Positions 50,446-59,753 of a stretch of DNA of 64,000 nucleotides are shown here, in pieces. The DNA is from an uncultured Pseudomonadota bacterium (GTDB taxonomy: Bacteria > Oederibacteriota > Muellerivitia > Muellerivitales > Muellerivitaceae). The stretch spans positions 1,568,001-1,632,000 of the forward strand of contig CAWIIP010000002.1 of NCBI GenBank assembly GCA_963836235.1. The letters are read 5' to 3'. Made by a program: the position numbers and the translations under genes. Positions within the stretch are counted from its first letter, which is position 1, and every line of letters begins with the position of its first letter. The notes beneath the pieces are model-generated. The model saw only the letters and a program-made list of their open reading frames with translations, had not been told where the DNA came from and ran no database searches.

Positions 50446-51258
50446 TCAAGAAGCCGGCGTGCCTTCTTCTTTCTTCTCGTCGAAGTGCATGCCCACGATG
50501 TTGGCGCCCGCGTCCACGTAAATAATCTCGCCTGTAACGCCCGATGCCCAGGAAGAGGCCAGGTAAGTCGCTGTGGAGCCCACTTCGTCTTGGCTGACGT
50601 TGCGTTTCAAGGGAGTCATTTCGCCAGCGGCTTTCATCATGGTCTTGATTCCGCCAACGGCGGAGGCGGCGAGGGTCTTGATGGGGCCCGCCGAAATCGC
50701 GTTGACGCGGATATTTTTCGGCCCTAAATCATAGGCCAGGTAGCGCACGTTGGCTTCCAAAGCGGCCTTCGCCACGCCCATGATGTTGTAGTTGGGGATG
50801 ACTTTGACGGCGCCGTAATAGGTTAAAGCGATAATACTCGCGCCATCATTCAGCAGGGGAACGGCAGGACGGGTGATAGCGATAAGGCTGTAAGCCGAAA
50901 TATCCATGGCCAGGTGGAAACCCGCGCGGCTGGTATTGGTAAAAGTTCCCGACAGGTCTTCCCGGTTGGCAAAGGCGACGCAATGGATGAGGATGTCAAA
51001 CTTACCCCAGGTTTTTTCCACTTCCTTATATAACGCCTCGATCTGGTCGTCCTTAGAGACGTCGCAGGGAAGGATCAGCTTAGCGTTCACCGATTCGGCT
51101 AGGGGGCGTACCCGCTTTTCCAGGGCTTCTCCCAGGAAGTTAAAGCCGAGTTCGGCTCCTTCCGCGTGAAAAGCCTTGGCGATGCCCCAGGCGATCGACC
51201 GGTCATTGGCGACCCCGAAAATGAAAGCTTTTTTCCCGGATAGTAATCCCATTTCCAT
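50446..51258 (-). CDS. fabI: Enoyl-ACP reductase
   Basis: GVANDRSIAWGIA, YNIMGVAKAALE, NAISAGPIKTLA. Confidence 0.96.
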   Translation of the reverse strand: MEMGLLSGKKAFIFGVANDRSIAWGIAKAFHAEGAELGFNFLGEALEKRVRPLAESVNAKLILPCDVSKDDQIEALYKEVEKTWGKFDILIHCVAFANREDLSGTFTNTSRAGFHLAMDISAYSLIAITRPAVPLLNDGASIIALTYYGAVKVIPNYNIMGVAKAALEANVRYLAYDLGPKNIRVNAISAGPIKTLAASAVGGIKTMMKAAGEMTPLKRNVSQDEVGSTATYLASSWASGVTGEIIYVDAGANIVGMHFDEKKEEGTPAS

Positions 51259-51423
51259 TCCTCCATTGCTTTGAGAAGAGCTTCTTTGCGGACCTAACTT
51301 AACGGTTTTTCAGGGCACTTTAAAGGACAAAAAGACCGCGAATGAAAAGGAGGGTCTTTATTTTAGGACCGGCTTTCCGAATAATGTGGGCACGAAGGAA
51401 TTTCATTTACGCAAAGGCCAGGG

Positions 51424-51726
51424 ATGATCAAGCATCTCGTATTGTGGAAATTAAAAGAGGCGGCGGAAGGAAAGAGCCGGCAGGAAAACGCCTTGGAGCT
51501 AAAAGCGGCCTTGGAAGGATTAAAAGGGAAGCTTCAGGAGATCCACGCGCTGGAAGTGGGTTTGAATTTTAATCCGGCGGACACGGCTTGCGACCTTTCC
51601 CTTTATTCCGAGTTCAAAACGAGGGAAGACCTGGAAAAGTACCAGAAGCATCCGGAACATTTGAGGGTCGTGGAGTTGGTGAAGAAGGTGACGATGGAGC
51701 GCCGTGTGTCGGATTACGAGGCTTAA
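51424..51726 (+). CDS. Dabb (stress-responsive A/B barrel) protein
   Basis: MIKHLVLWKLK, YQKHPEH, terminal DYE. Confidence 0.9.
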   Translation: MIKHLVLWKLKEAAEGKSRQENALELKAALEGLKGKLQEIHALEVGLNFNPADTACDLSLYSEFKTREDLEKYQKHPEHLRVVELVKKVTMERRVSDYEA

Positions 51727-51804
51727 AATTTAGCCGCACATCAACGTGGATTGGCGCTGAAATTTTTTATCCGCGCCCATTAACGGTACCCTTAGGAGAC
51801 CCGA

Positions 51805-52689
51805 ATGCCGAAGAAAACTAAACCTGGATCCAAACTCCCTAAAACCGTTCAAAGCAAGTCCTCCGCTCCGGCGGCTAAGCCGTCCAAAATAAAATCCATC
51901 GGAGTGGCCAAGGGTCCTCTTAAGATCGCCACCTTCAACGCCAATTCCATTCGGATGCGGACCGGCATTATTTTAAACTGGCTGAAAAAAGAAAAACCGG
52001 ACGTCCTGGCGGTACAGGAAACGAAAGTTCAAGACCATGAATTCCCCCGTGAACCCTTCGAGGCCGCCGGATGGAACGTGGTCTTCCACGGGCAAAAAAG
52101 CTACAACGGCGTGGCCTTCATTTCCCAAAAGCCCGTCGAAAAGGTGGACATGGGTTTCTACAAGAAACCGGATGAGCAGGCCCGGTTTATCACCTGCGAA
52201 GTTGAGGGGGTCCAGCTTTTCAACACCTATATCCCGCAGGGATTCGACATCGAATCCGATAAATACCAGTACAAGCTCAAGTACCTGGCGGACCTGAAAA
52301 AATATTTCGAGAAGAACGTGCCGAACTCCAAGCCCGCCCTTTGGATGGGGGACCTCAACGTGGCGCGCACCGAAATCGACCTGAACAACCCCAAGGGTAA
52401 TAGGGACCATCCCTGCTTCCACGTCGACGCCCGCAACGCCCTGGAGGAAGTGATGAAAGGGAAATGGACCGACCTTTTTCGTGAAAAAGAAAAGGGGCCG
52501 GGCCACTATACTTTTTGGGACATGCGCCAGCCCGCCACTTTCGAGCGGAACCTGGGCTGGAGAATCGACCTGATCCTGGGAACCCCGCCCATGGTGGAAC
52601 GCCTTCAAAAAATATGGATCGATACCAAGCCCCGGGGTCTGGAAAAACCCTCCGACCATACCTTTTTAATCGCCGAATTTTCCCGGTAG
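51805..52689 (+). CDS. xth: Exodeoxyribonuclease III with basic N-terminal extension
   Basis: KIATFNANSIR, QETK, YNGVA, GDLN, GWRID, SDH. Confidence 0.95.
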   Translation: MPKKTKPGSKLPKTVQSKSSAPAAKPSKIKSIGVAKGPLKIATFNANSIRMRTGIILNWLKKEKPDVLAVQETKVQDHEFPREPFEAAGWNVVFHGQKSYNGVAFISQKPVEKVDMGFYKKPDEQARFITCEVEGVQLFNTYIPQGFDIESDKYQYKLKYLADLKKYFEKNVPNSKPALWMGDLNVARTEIDLNNPKGNRDHPCFHVDARNALEEVMKGKWTDLFREKEKGPGHYTFWDMRQPATFERNLGWRIDLILGTPPMVERLQKIWIDTKPRGLEKPSDHTFLIAEFSR

Positions 52690-52908
52690 CACCCTAGGGG
52701 GTTCCTCCGCCGGGAAATACCTTGGATGGACATTTGGTTTTACTCGTTTTACCCCTTTTTTTCTTCCTTTCATTGACTAATAAAACCCATGGGTAGATAA
52801 TCAATTTGGGCTGGATTTAAACCAGTTTCCTTCCGGAGTTGCCGCTCCCCCCTTTCTTTATTTCATGCTAAAATTCAGCTGAAAAACACCAGTTTTTGGA
52901 GCGGCGTC

Positions 52909-53901
52909 ATGGGTCATGCCTCGCGACAATCTAAGCTTTCACGATTCTCCAAAGCCTTTGGGCGGATATTGGGGGGGGTCTCCAAATCTCCTTCAAGACA
53001 TTCCTTATTCAAAATCAAAAATTCCCGTGGCTCGGCCCTGATGATGGCTTCCATTTTCATGCTGGTGGCGACGGTGCTCATTACCGTCGGTGTCAAGCTG
53101 GTCGCCAACGCTTCCCGGTCGGCTAAGGAAAAAGAACTTTATGTCGGCGAGGCCGAAAACGTCGCCCGCGCCGGGCTCATTGACGCGCTCGCTTGGTTCC
53201 GCCGGCAATCGGGCAACGGCGGTGTCGTCGCCGCTTATGAAGGTACGGCCTTACCAGGGCAAGGCTCCGTCACTTGGGCCACCAACCCCCAGCCCACGCC
53301 TCCCGCGGGCGCCGTATTTACCTACGTGGACCAACCTTTTGAGCCCGTCGGCAACACCAGCAATCCCCAAGTCGCTGACACCATCGACGCCTCCATCGGC
53401 CTCGTCGGCGAATATCCCTTGAGCGATCCGGTGACGGCCAATTGCCTTTATTGGGCCCGTTTCGAGGTGCCTATGCAGGGTTCCGGCACCCAGGTTACGA
53501 ACGCCGCGCACGACGTCACCGGGGAGCGCACCGGCAGTTACGTGAACGGCGACGGGTTGATTTGGTCCGTGACTTCGACGGGTTATGTTTATAAAAGGCT
53601 GATCCGAGTGAACAGTGGGGGAGAAACCGCCGTCGACCCCGCCGGCAACTGGGTAGTCCCCTATAACACCGTCACCAATCCCCCCAACTGTACTATTGTC
53701 GCCAAGGCCCAATTCACCACCGAGTTCCGAAAATTGGGCTTGAACCTTCCCGTACCCACTCCCGGCCCCACGGTGTATTCCTCGGGGCTTTACGTATACA
53801 ACGCGGGCCAATGCGTGACGTTGACTTCCAGCGAAAGCCTCCTGGATGGGGCGGTATCTGAAATCGATACCTTCGGGGTGATCGGGCTATCGAGTCCATA
53901 A
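52909..53901 (+). CDS. PilX-like minor pilin, N-terminal part
   Basis: Basic leader, RG|SALMMASIFMLV hydrophobic helix, A...ARAGL motif, VTSTGY. Confidence 0.72.
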   Translation: MGHASRQSKLSRFSKAFGRILGGVSKSPSRHSLFKIKNSRGSALMMASIFMLVATVLITVGVKLVANASRSAKEKELYVGEAENVARAGLIDALAWFRRQSGNGGVVAAYEGTALPGQGSVTWATNPQPTPPAGAVFTYVDQPFEPVGNTSNPQVADTIDASIGLVGEYPLSDPVTANCLYWARFEVPMQGSGTQVTNAAHDVTGERTGSYVNGDGLIWSVTSTGYVYKRLIRVNSGGETAVDPAGNWVVPYNTVTNPPNCTIVAKAQFTTEFRKLGLNLPVPTPGPTVYSSGLYVYNAGQCVTLTSSESLLDGAVSEIDTFGVIGLSSP

Positions 53902-53963
53902 GGAAGCCGCCGAGCCGGTGGTTGTTCCACAAGAAGGGTTGAATTTTTCGAGGGAGTTGACAG

Positions 53964-55679
53964 ATGAGGGTTCGGGGTAAAAAAAATTTAGAAAGCGCCT
54001 TTGGCCAGGGTTTCCTGAAGCCATGGACCGCCCTTGTCCTGATTTTGTTTTTTCCGGCCCAAGGCTCCTTTGCCGCCCCCCCAACCTCCACACCAACCAA
54101 AACCCCCACCAGAACCATCACTCAAACCCCGACGAAAACCGCGTCCTTTACTCCGACCTTTACTCCCACCCAAACGGCCACCAATACTCCGACCAACACT
54201 ATTACCCAAACTTTAACGAACACCGCGACCAACACCACGACCGCTACGATTACCCAAACCTTAACGAAAACCGCGACTAATACCGCGACCAACACCACGA
54301 CCGCTACCATTACCCAAACCTTAACGAAAACCGCCACCAATACCCCCACCCCTACTTTTACCTTTACCCCGACCCTCACTCAAACGAACAGCACCACCAA
54401 CACCCCGACGAACACCACGACCGCTACCATTACCCAAACCTTGACGCAAACCGCCACTAAAACCACGACCGCTACCATCACCCAAACTTTAACGAACACC
54501 GCGACCCAAAGCCCAACGGGCACCGCTACCCCAACATTCACAAAAACCGCGACCTATACCATCACCCAAACCTTAACCAAAACCCCGACCGGCACCCCCA
54601 GCTTCAGCCCGACGACCACTTTCTCTTTCACCACGACCAACACCACCACGAATACTTTCACTCGTACAGCGACCTATACTTTCACCAATACCGCGACTTT
54701 CACCCCCACTAAAACTTGCACCTACACCGCGACATACACCTTAACCTATACCGCCACCAACACCCGAACCGCTACCCCCTCCTTTACCCCGACCAAAACG
54801 CCGACCTCAACTCGAACCTATACCCCCACCGCGACCGCCACCAATACCGTGTGCTTCGTTATTATTGGCGGGGTTGAAGTGGCCTGTACCAATACGCCAG
54901 GAATACCCACAAATACCTTCACCCCCTACATCACCCCCACCCCCACCATCACCCATACCCCGACCAATACCCGGACCTTCACCCTTACTCCCACCATCAC
55001 CAATACCCCGACTCCCTGTTACATCACCAGTGGCGGCGGAGTGAAAACCCTCTGTACTTGCAATGAGCCTCAAGGGGCCGATACGACCGACTTCGAGGGC
55101 GGGGTCAAATGCTTTGAAGGACCCGTTTCCCTCCTTTCCGCGAACAGCGTCTTTGGAATGTCCCTGGCCGACGTCAAAAACATCGCCGACTATATCGGCA
55201 GTTCCTCCAGCGGGCAGTCCGTCGTCCTGAATATCGCCTCCGATTGGAAACTATCCTATTTCGATGGGGACCTCACCTATGGCCCCGACCAACCCTATCC
55301 CTATACCACCCTGGGCGCCCCTAAAACCGACACCACCCCCGCCACCAGCGGGTTTGGGATCCTGGTCGTCAATGGCGACCTGACCCTGGAAGGGGCCAGT
55401 GGAAGCACCCTCCCCAGTTCCTGGGGCGGAGTCATTTTTTGCACCGGCAACATGTTCGTGGGGGACGGCTGCGCCATCAACGGGGCGGTCATTTTGGGAA
55501 CCCCCAATTACCATGGAGGGGCCAACTACGGAACCATCACCCTGAAGGGAAGCTCGGGAAATTTCGGGCAGGTCATCTACAGCCCCACCCTGGTGACGTC
55601 GGCTGAGGAACTGGTGGGCGTGTACCGGGAAGACATCAGTGAAACGAAGAAACTGCTGGCGATTCCCTTTTCCCAATAG
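53964..55679 (+). CDS. Secreted protein: 310-aa Thr-x tract plus PilX-like C-terminal beta domain
   Basis: AGGGAG ribosome-binding site, signal peptide, TxT tract, then YFDGD, GILVVNGDL, GVIFCTGN, INGAVI. Confidence 0.75.
   Translation: MRVRGKKNLESAFGQGFLKPWTALVLILFFPAQGSFAAPPTSTPTKTPTRTITQTPTKTASFTPTFTPTQTATNTPTNTITQTLTNTATNTTTATITQTLTKTATNTATNTTTATITQTLTKTATNTPTPTFTFTPTLTQTNSTTNTPTNTTTATITQTLTQTATKTTTATITQTLTNTATQSPTGTATPTFTKTATYTITQTLTKTPTGTPSFSPTTTFSFTTTNTTTNTFTRTATYTFTNTATFTPTKTCTYTATYTLTYTATNTRTATPSFTPTKTPTSTRTYTPTATATNTVCFVIIGGVEVACTNTPGIPTNTFTPYITPTPTITHTPTNTRTFTLTPTITNTPTPCYITSGGGVKTLCTCNEPQGADTTDFEGGVKCFEGPVSLLSANSVFGMSLADVKNIADYIGSSSSGQSVVLNIASDWKLSYFDGDLTYGPDQPYPYTTLGAPKTDTTPATSGFGILVVNGDLTLEGASGSTLPSSWGGVIFCTGNMFVGDGCAINGAVILGTPNYHGGANYGTITLKGSSGNFGQVIYSPTLVTSAEELVGVYREDISETKKLLAIPFSQ
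54084..55013 (+). repeat. Coding low-complexity/tandem repeat (TITQTLT units; near-identical units at 54231, 54291, 54411)
   Basis: AACACCACGACCGCTAC(G/C)ATTACCCAAACCTT recurs; ACN codon at almost every second position. Confidence 0.9.
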
Positions 55680-55702
55680 GGAAAACCGAAGGGTTTAAAA
55701 AC

Positions 55703-58700
55703 ATGCGTATCAAAAAACTTTCCCAAGCCGGGTTCAGCCTGGTTGAACTGTTGATCGCGGTAGGCATCATGGCGGGCCTGGCCTCCACCGTGATGATGGC
55801 CCGGTCCTACATGGCCAAGCAGACGGTCGCCACCAGCGACAAGGCCTACGCCACGCAAAAGGCCATCCAAATGTTCGAGGAGCTCAAGGCCCTGGTGAAC
55901 GGCAGCGAGACCTCGATCAACCTTTTGGACAATTACAGCGACGGCACCGGCTACAACGCGGTCCTCACCACGGATAAAACCGTGGATACGGGCCTGGCTT
56001 CCGCCAATCCGGCGAATTCCCTGAGCGGAAACAAGCCCACCCAAAGCGGGGCTTGGCGCTATCTGCGGCAGATCCAGGTCAACCATTTGGGCAACGACGC
56101 CTTCACCCGCCAGATCATCATCAAGGTTTGGCTCTACCAGTCGGACACCAATCCCAACCTGCCCGGCACGCTGTTAAGCGAGGTGGGCGGCAACCTGAGG
56201 ACCATCGCCAGCACTTTCCCGCCGACGCAGGTCATGGACGTTTACGTGCTGGCCATCAACAACATCGCCGGCTGGTGGGCCCATGAGCCGGTTCTTTACC
56301 AGACCTTCCAGAGCATCATCAACAACATCCAAACCCGCAATCCGGGGCTGGAATTGCGGCCCCACTATATCACCCGCACTTCCTACGGCCGCGACAGCCA
56401 ATATCAGCCTTATATCAACATTTATCCTTATAACACCGACGGTAATAACGACGTCACCGGCGCCGCCGTCACCAACGGCACCACGGTCGGAAATTTCCCC
56501 TTCGTTTACATGTACCCCGGCTATACCCTCGAGGATACCGCCGACGGAAGCGTGAGCGACAGCTTTTTCGACCCCGGGTTGGAACAATCTCCGCCACTGG
56601 GAGTCTGCCTGGACGGGAATTTCAACGTGGGGGGCTCTTTCGAAAACACCGGCCTGCAATTCACCGGCTGCCCCAATTACGCCGTGGCGGACCAGTACAA
56701 CAACAGCATGCGCTACCCCGACGAGCTGGCCATGTACCAGGCCGTTACCGCCGCCGCCGCCGCCGACAACGCCTCGGGCGTCACGACCGCTTACCTTCCG
56801 GCCCAGGATTCGGTCACCGAAATCAGCTGGCGCATGCTGATGGAAGGCATGTTGGACCAGCCCGCCTCCTTCACCAACGCCATGGTCATCAACCTGCACG
56901 GGGAAAACCTGCCCCTGCCGCCCATGCGCAACTACTCGGACGCCGCCAAAGACCCAGGCAGTTTGGACCTCGCCGGCAACCCCGGTGTCCCCGCCAACAC
57001 CAACATCCGGGTGGTCACCCACCCACAAATGCTCTACTACCCTGGCGCCTCCTCGATCGCCACCAGCGTCGCGGTTACCTTGAATGTCTACTCTTATTAC
57101 GCCGGATTGGACGATATCTCCACTTTAGACACGCTTTATCCCCCGGCCAACGACCCGAAAACCGACATCAGCCTTTTCTTCCCGGACCTTACCACCGATA
57201 CCCAGGTTTTGGGGGTTACCGCCATCGTCGGCAACTCGAATACGGCCTCCAACGTGGCCCCGGCCACGGGTCCCGTCATTTATAACTACGACAAGTTCGC
57301 CGCCTTTCCCATCGCCCCCGGCACGGCCGGACTTTATTCCGGTTCCCTCGCGGATGGAACCAACATCACGGGCCAAGGCCCCGTTCAAGTGAGCGTTACC
57401 TATGTGGGGCCCAATAAGCAATTGCTGATCACGCTTTACAATTCGCGTTTGCGCTGTCCCAACGGCGAGGCCTCGGTTGGGGGGAATAACGCCGGCTTAT
57501 CCGCCCTGGACCGTTTATACGGCCTGGAATATATTCCCTGCAGTCCGGACATGAAAAAATTAACCAGCCCGGTTACCTTCACGGCTTCCGATTTGACCCT
57601 CTCCGCCGGCGCCCCCGCGGCCAAAAACACGGCCCGATGGCTGGTGAGCCTTTCCATGCCCATCACCTCGGCCTTTCCCAACGTCGCTCCCGGCGCGCCC
57701 TTAACCATCCAGAACGTCTCGGGAGTTTCCGTTTACACTTCCCCCCAGACTTTCACCGGCATCCACACCATCGAAACCCGCATCGGCGCCAATAATTACA
57801 CCAGCGATACCGTCAGCATCAACACCAGCACAGGCACCCCCGTCACCACCATCGTCGGCGCTCCCAGCGACCTTTCCCGAACCTATGTATGGACCGGCTG
57901 GTCTTCCATCTCAGCAAGCGGCGTCACCCAGGGTGTCTACCCGCCCACCACCGAACAATACCAGTTCCTGGGCGACCCCCGGCATGAACCCTACCTGGAC
58001 GTCAAAGTAGGGGGTATCAATAACGGACAGGCCGTCGTCATCCAGCCCAACGGATACAACTGGTGGTTCAAGAACGGGACCAGCGGGGGAGCGGCCCCCA
58101 ATATGTTCACCGACGGCTACAACGGATTCACCGCGGCGGGAAATACCAACGGCTGGTCGGGAAGCGACGCCACTTTTATCGATGTTCCCCGGTTCCATCA
58201 AATGATCCGGCAAGGGCTTTTAAACAGCACCAGCATCTGGACCACCATGAACGGCTATACCTATTACTATTTCGGCTTGGGAGGGGAATTCGGATCGGAC
58301 CAGCCGCCTTTCTCCCACGGCCTTACCATCAATTCCACGGTCTACAACACCACGTCCACGAGCGGGGTTACCCAGGCCTCGGAAATGGTCAATTGGAACA
58401 ACGCCCAGCTTTATAACGTCCATATTCCGGCCAACACGGTCAACACTTGGTACGCCAAAACCTGGCTGGGGGAGCTTTATCCCGACGGCATGGTCGCCGC
58501 CTGGAACACTTATGGAAACCTTCCCGTGGCCAACATTGGGGGGCCGACTTCCCTCACTTTTTACCGGCAGGATTACGCCAATCTTCCTACCGAAGTTTCC
58601 GCGACCATCTCCAACGAGTCCGGCCAATCCTTGAACGGGTTGGGACGCCTGCAAAGCAACCGGCTGGGCCCGAACGGCTGTTCGTCCTTTTACCAGGGCG

Positions 58701-59746
58701 CGACCAGTGGCGTCACGGCGAACGGAACCATGAACCATGATTCGGCCACCGATACCGACACCAGCAGCAATTTGGCCGTCTCCTGTTACAACATTTACGA
58801 GTATCCCCTGCCGTCCGACGTGGTCAACGCCAACAGTAACGGGCGTCCTTGGCACTTGAATGACAAAGGAAACAATCCCCCCCAATTTGGGACCGCGCCT
58901 TATAACACCTATAACACCCTGGCCATCCCCTCGGTCGGGGCGACCTCTCGCATTTTTTACACGACCAGCAATAACTCCCCGACGGACACGGGAACAGGGG
59001 TGGTCCAGATCACCAATACCAACGTGACCCCGAACCAGGTCGCCTATGTGGTGGAATCGGGGCTTTCCATTTCCGCCCAAGTGGGCACCTCCGACCTGGG
59101 CGAAACGGCCCTGGTGGCCATGCTCAGGACCTTTTTGGACGGCGGACTCCTGGCGGCTTCCGGAAGCCCCGGCCATGTTCGCCAGATTCCCCTGGTCGAG
59201 CTTTATACCGACAGCCCTTCCAACCAGTATTACCAACCCACCAGCATCGACCTCTTCGTGGATGGGGCGGTGACGACCGGAACCGCCGCCCCGGTCACGA
59301 CCACGGGCGGCGCCGTCACCAGTATCTATGTCGGGCCCACCAACAACGTTTGGTTCCGTTTTCCGGGACTCACCTCCACGACGGCCAATGTTTACACCGA
59401 GGAATATCCCGGCTATCCCACCCTTTCCAGCAGCACCTACGAGGAAACCAGCGGCGGGACAGCCCTTCCGCTGGAGATGAACTTTCTCTATTCCACCGAC
59501 AGCGGAAATACCTGGCTGTATATGAGCAGCAATCCTGCCTATAACGGGCAAGTCCATCAAAAGGGGATTTTAAATACAAACGTCAACGTGATGCAAACCT
59601 CCAATAGCTTTCCCTTTGCCTTCAACTGGACGGGCCCACCAGGCGGTTTTTCACAGGGTAATTTGTATTTTATGGTCGAAGCCTACCGGGAGGGCTATCC
59701 GCTGAATTATGCTTACCACGTCCTTACCGTTTCGGTGGATGAATGA
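55703..59746 (+). CDS. Giant (1347 aa) prepilin-type N-terminal cleavage/methylation protein
   Basis: MRIKKLSQAG|FSLVELLIAVGIM; large T/S/N/G-rich extracellular body. Confidence 0.88.
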   Translation: MRIKKLSQAGFSLVELLIAVGIMAGLASTVMMARSYMAKQTVATSDKAYATQKAIQMFEELKALVNGSETSINLLDNYSDGTGYNAVLTTDKTVDTGLASANPANSLSGNKPTQSGAWRYLRQIQVNHLGNDAFTRQIIIKVWLYQSDTNPNLPGTLLSEVGGNLRTIASTFPPTQVMDVYVLAINNIAGWWAHEPVLYQTFQSIINNIQTRNPGLELRPHYITRTSYGRDSQYQPYINIYPYNTDGNNDVTGAAVTNGTTVGNFPFVYMYPGYTLEDTADGSVSDSFFDPGLEQSPPLGVCLDGNFNVGGSFENTGLQFTGCPNYAVADQYNNSMRYPDELAMYQAVTAAAAADNASGVTTAYLPAQDSVTEISWRMLMEGMLDQPASFTNAMVINLHGENLPLPPMRNYSDAAKDPGSLDLAGNPGVPANTNIRVVTHPQMLYYPGASSIATSVAVTLNVYSYYAGLDDISTLDTLYPPANDPKTDISLFFPDLTTDTQVLGVTAIVGNSNTASNVAPATGPVIYNYDKFAAFPIAPGTAGLYSGSLADGTNITGQGPVQVSVTYVGPNKQLLITLYNSRLRCPNGEASVGGNNAGLSALDRLYGLEYIPCSPDMKKLTSPVTFTASDLTLSAGAPAAKNTARWLVSLSMPITSAFPNVAPGAPLTIQNVSGVSVYTSPQTFTGIHTIETRIGANNYTSDTVSINTSTGTPVTTIVGAPSDLSRTYVWTGWSSISASGVTQGVYPPTTEQYQFLGDPRHEPYLDVKVGGINNGQAVVIQPNGYNWWFKNGTSGGAAPNMFTDGYNGFTAAGNTNGWSGSDATFIDVPRFHQMIRQGLLNSTSIWTTMNGYTYYYFGLGGEFGSDQPPFSHGLTINSTVYNTTSTSGVTQASEMVNWNNAQLYNVHIPANTVNTWYAKTWLGELYPDGMVAAWNTYGNLPVANIGGPTSLTFYRQDYANLPTEVSATISNESGQSLNGLGRLQSNRLGPNGCSSFYQGATSGVTANGTMNHDSATDTDTSSNLAVSCYNIYEYPLPSDVVNANSNGRPWHLNDKGNNPPQFGTAPYNTYNTLAIPSVGATSRIFYTTSNNSPTDTGTGVVQITNTNVTPNQVAYVVESGLSISAQVGTSDLGETALVAMLRTFLDGGLLAASGSPGHVRQIPLVELYTDSPSNQYYQPTSIDLFVDGAVTTGTAAPVTTTGGAVTSIYVGPTNNVWFRFPGLTSTTANVYTEEYPGYPTLSSSTYEETSGGTALPLEMNFLYSTDSGNTWLYMSSNPAYNGQVHQKGILNTNVNVMQTSNSFPFAFNWTGPPGGFSQGNLYFMVEAYREGYPLNYAYHVLTVSVDE

Positions 59747-59753
59747 GGCGGAT

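Noticed and set aside
52841-52905. GCCGCTCC/GGAGCGGC pairing that could hide the pilX ribosome-binding site
   Set aside because: Only 8 bp across 49 nt; a TGcTAAAAT extended -10 between the arms suggests the 5' arm is not transcribed.
54180-54600. Regularly spaced repeats resembling a CRISPR array
   Set aside because: In-frame coding Thr repeats with synonymous variation; no unique spacers and no cas genes.
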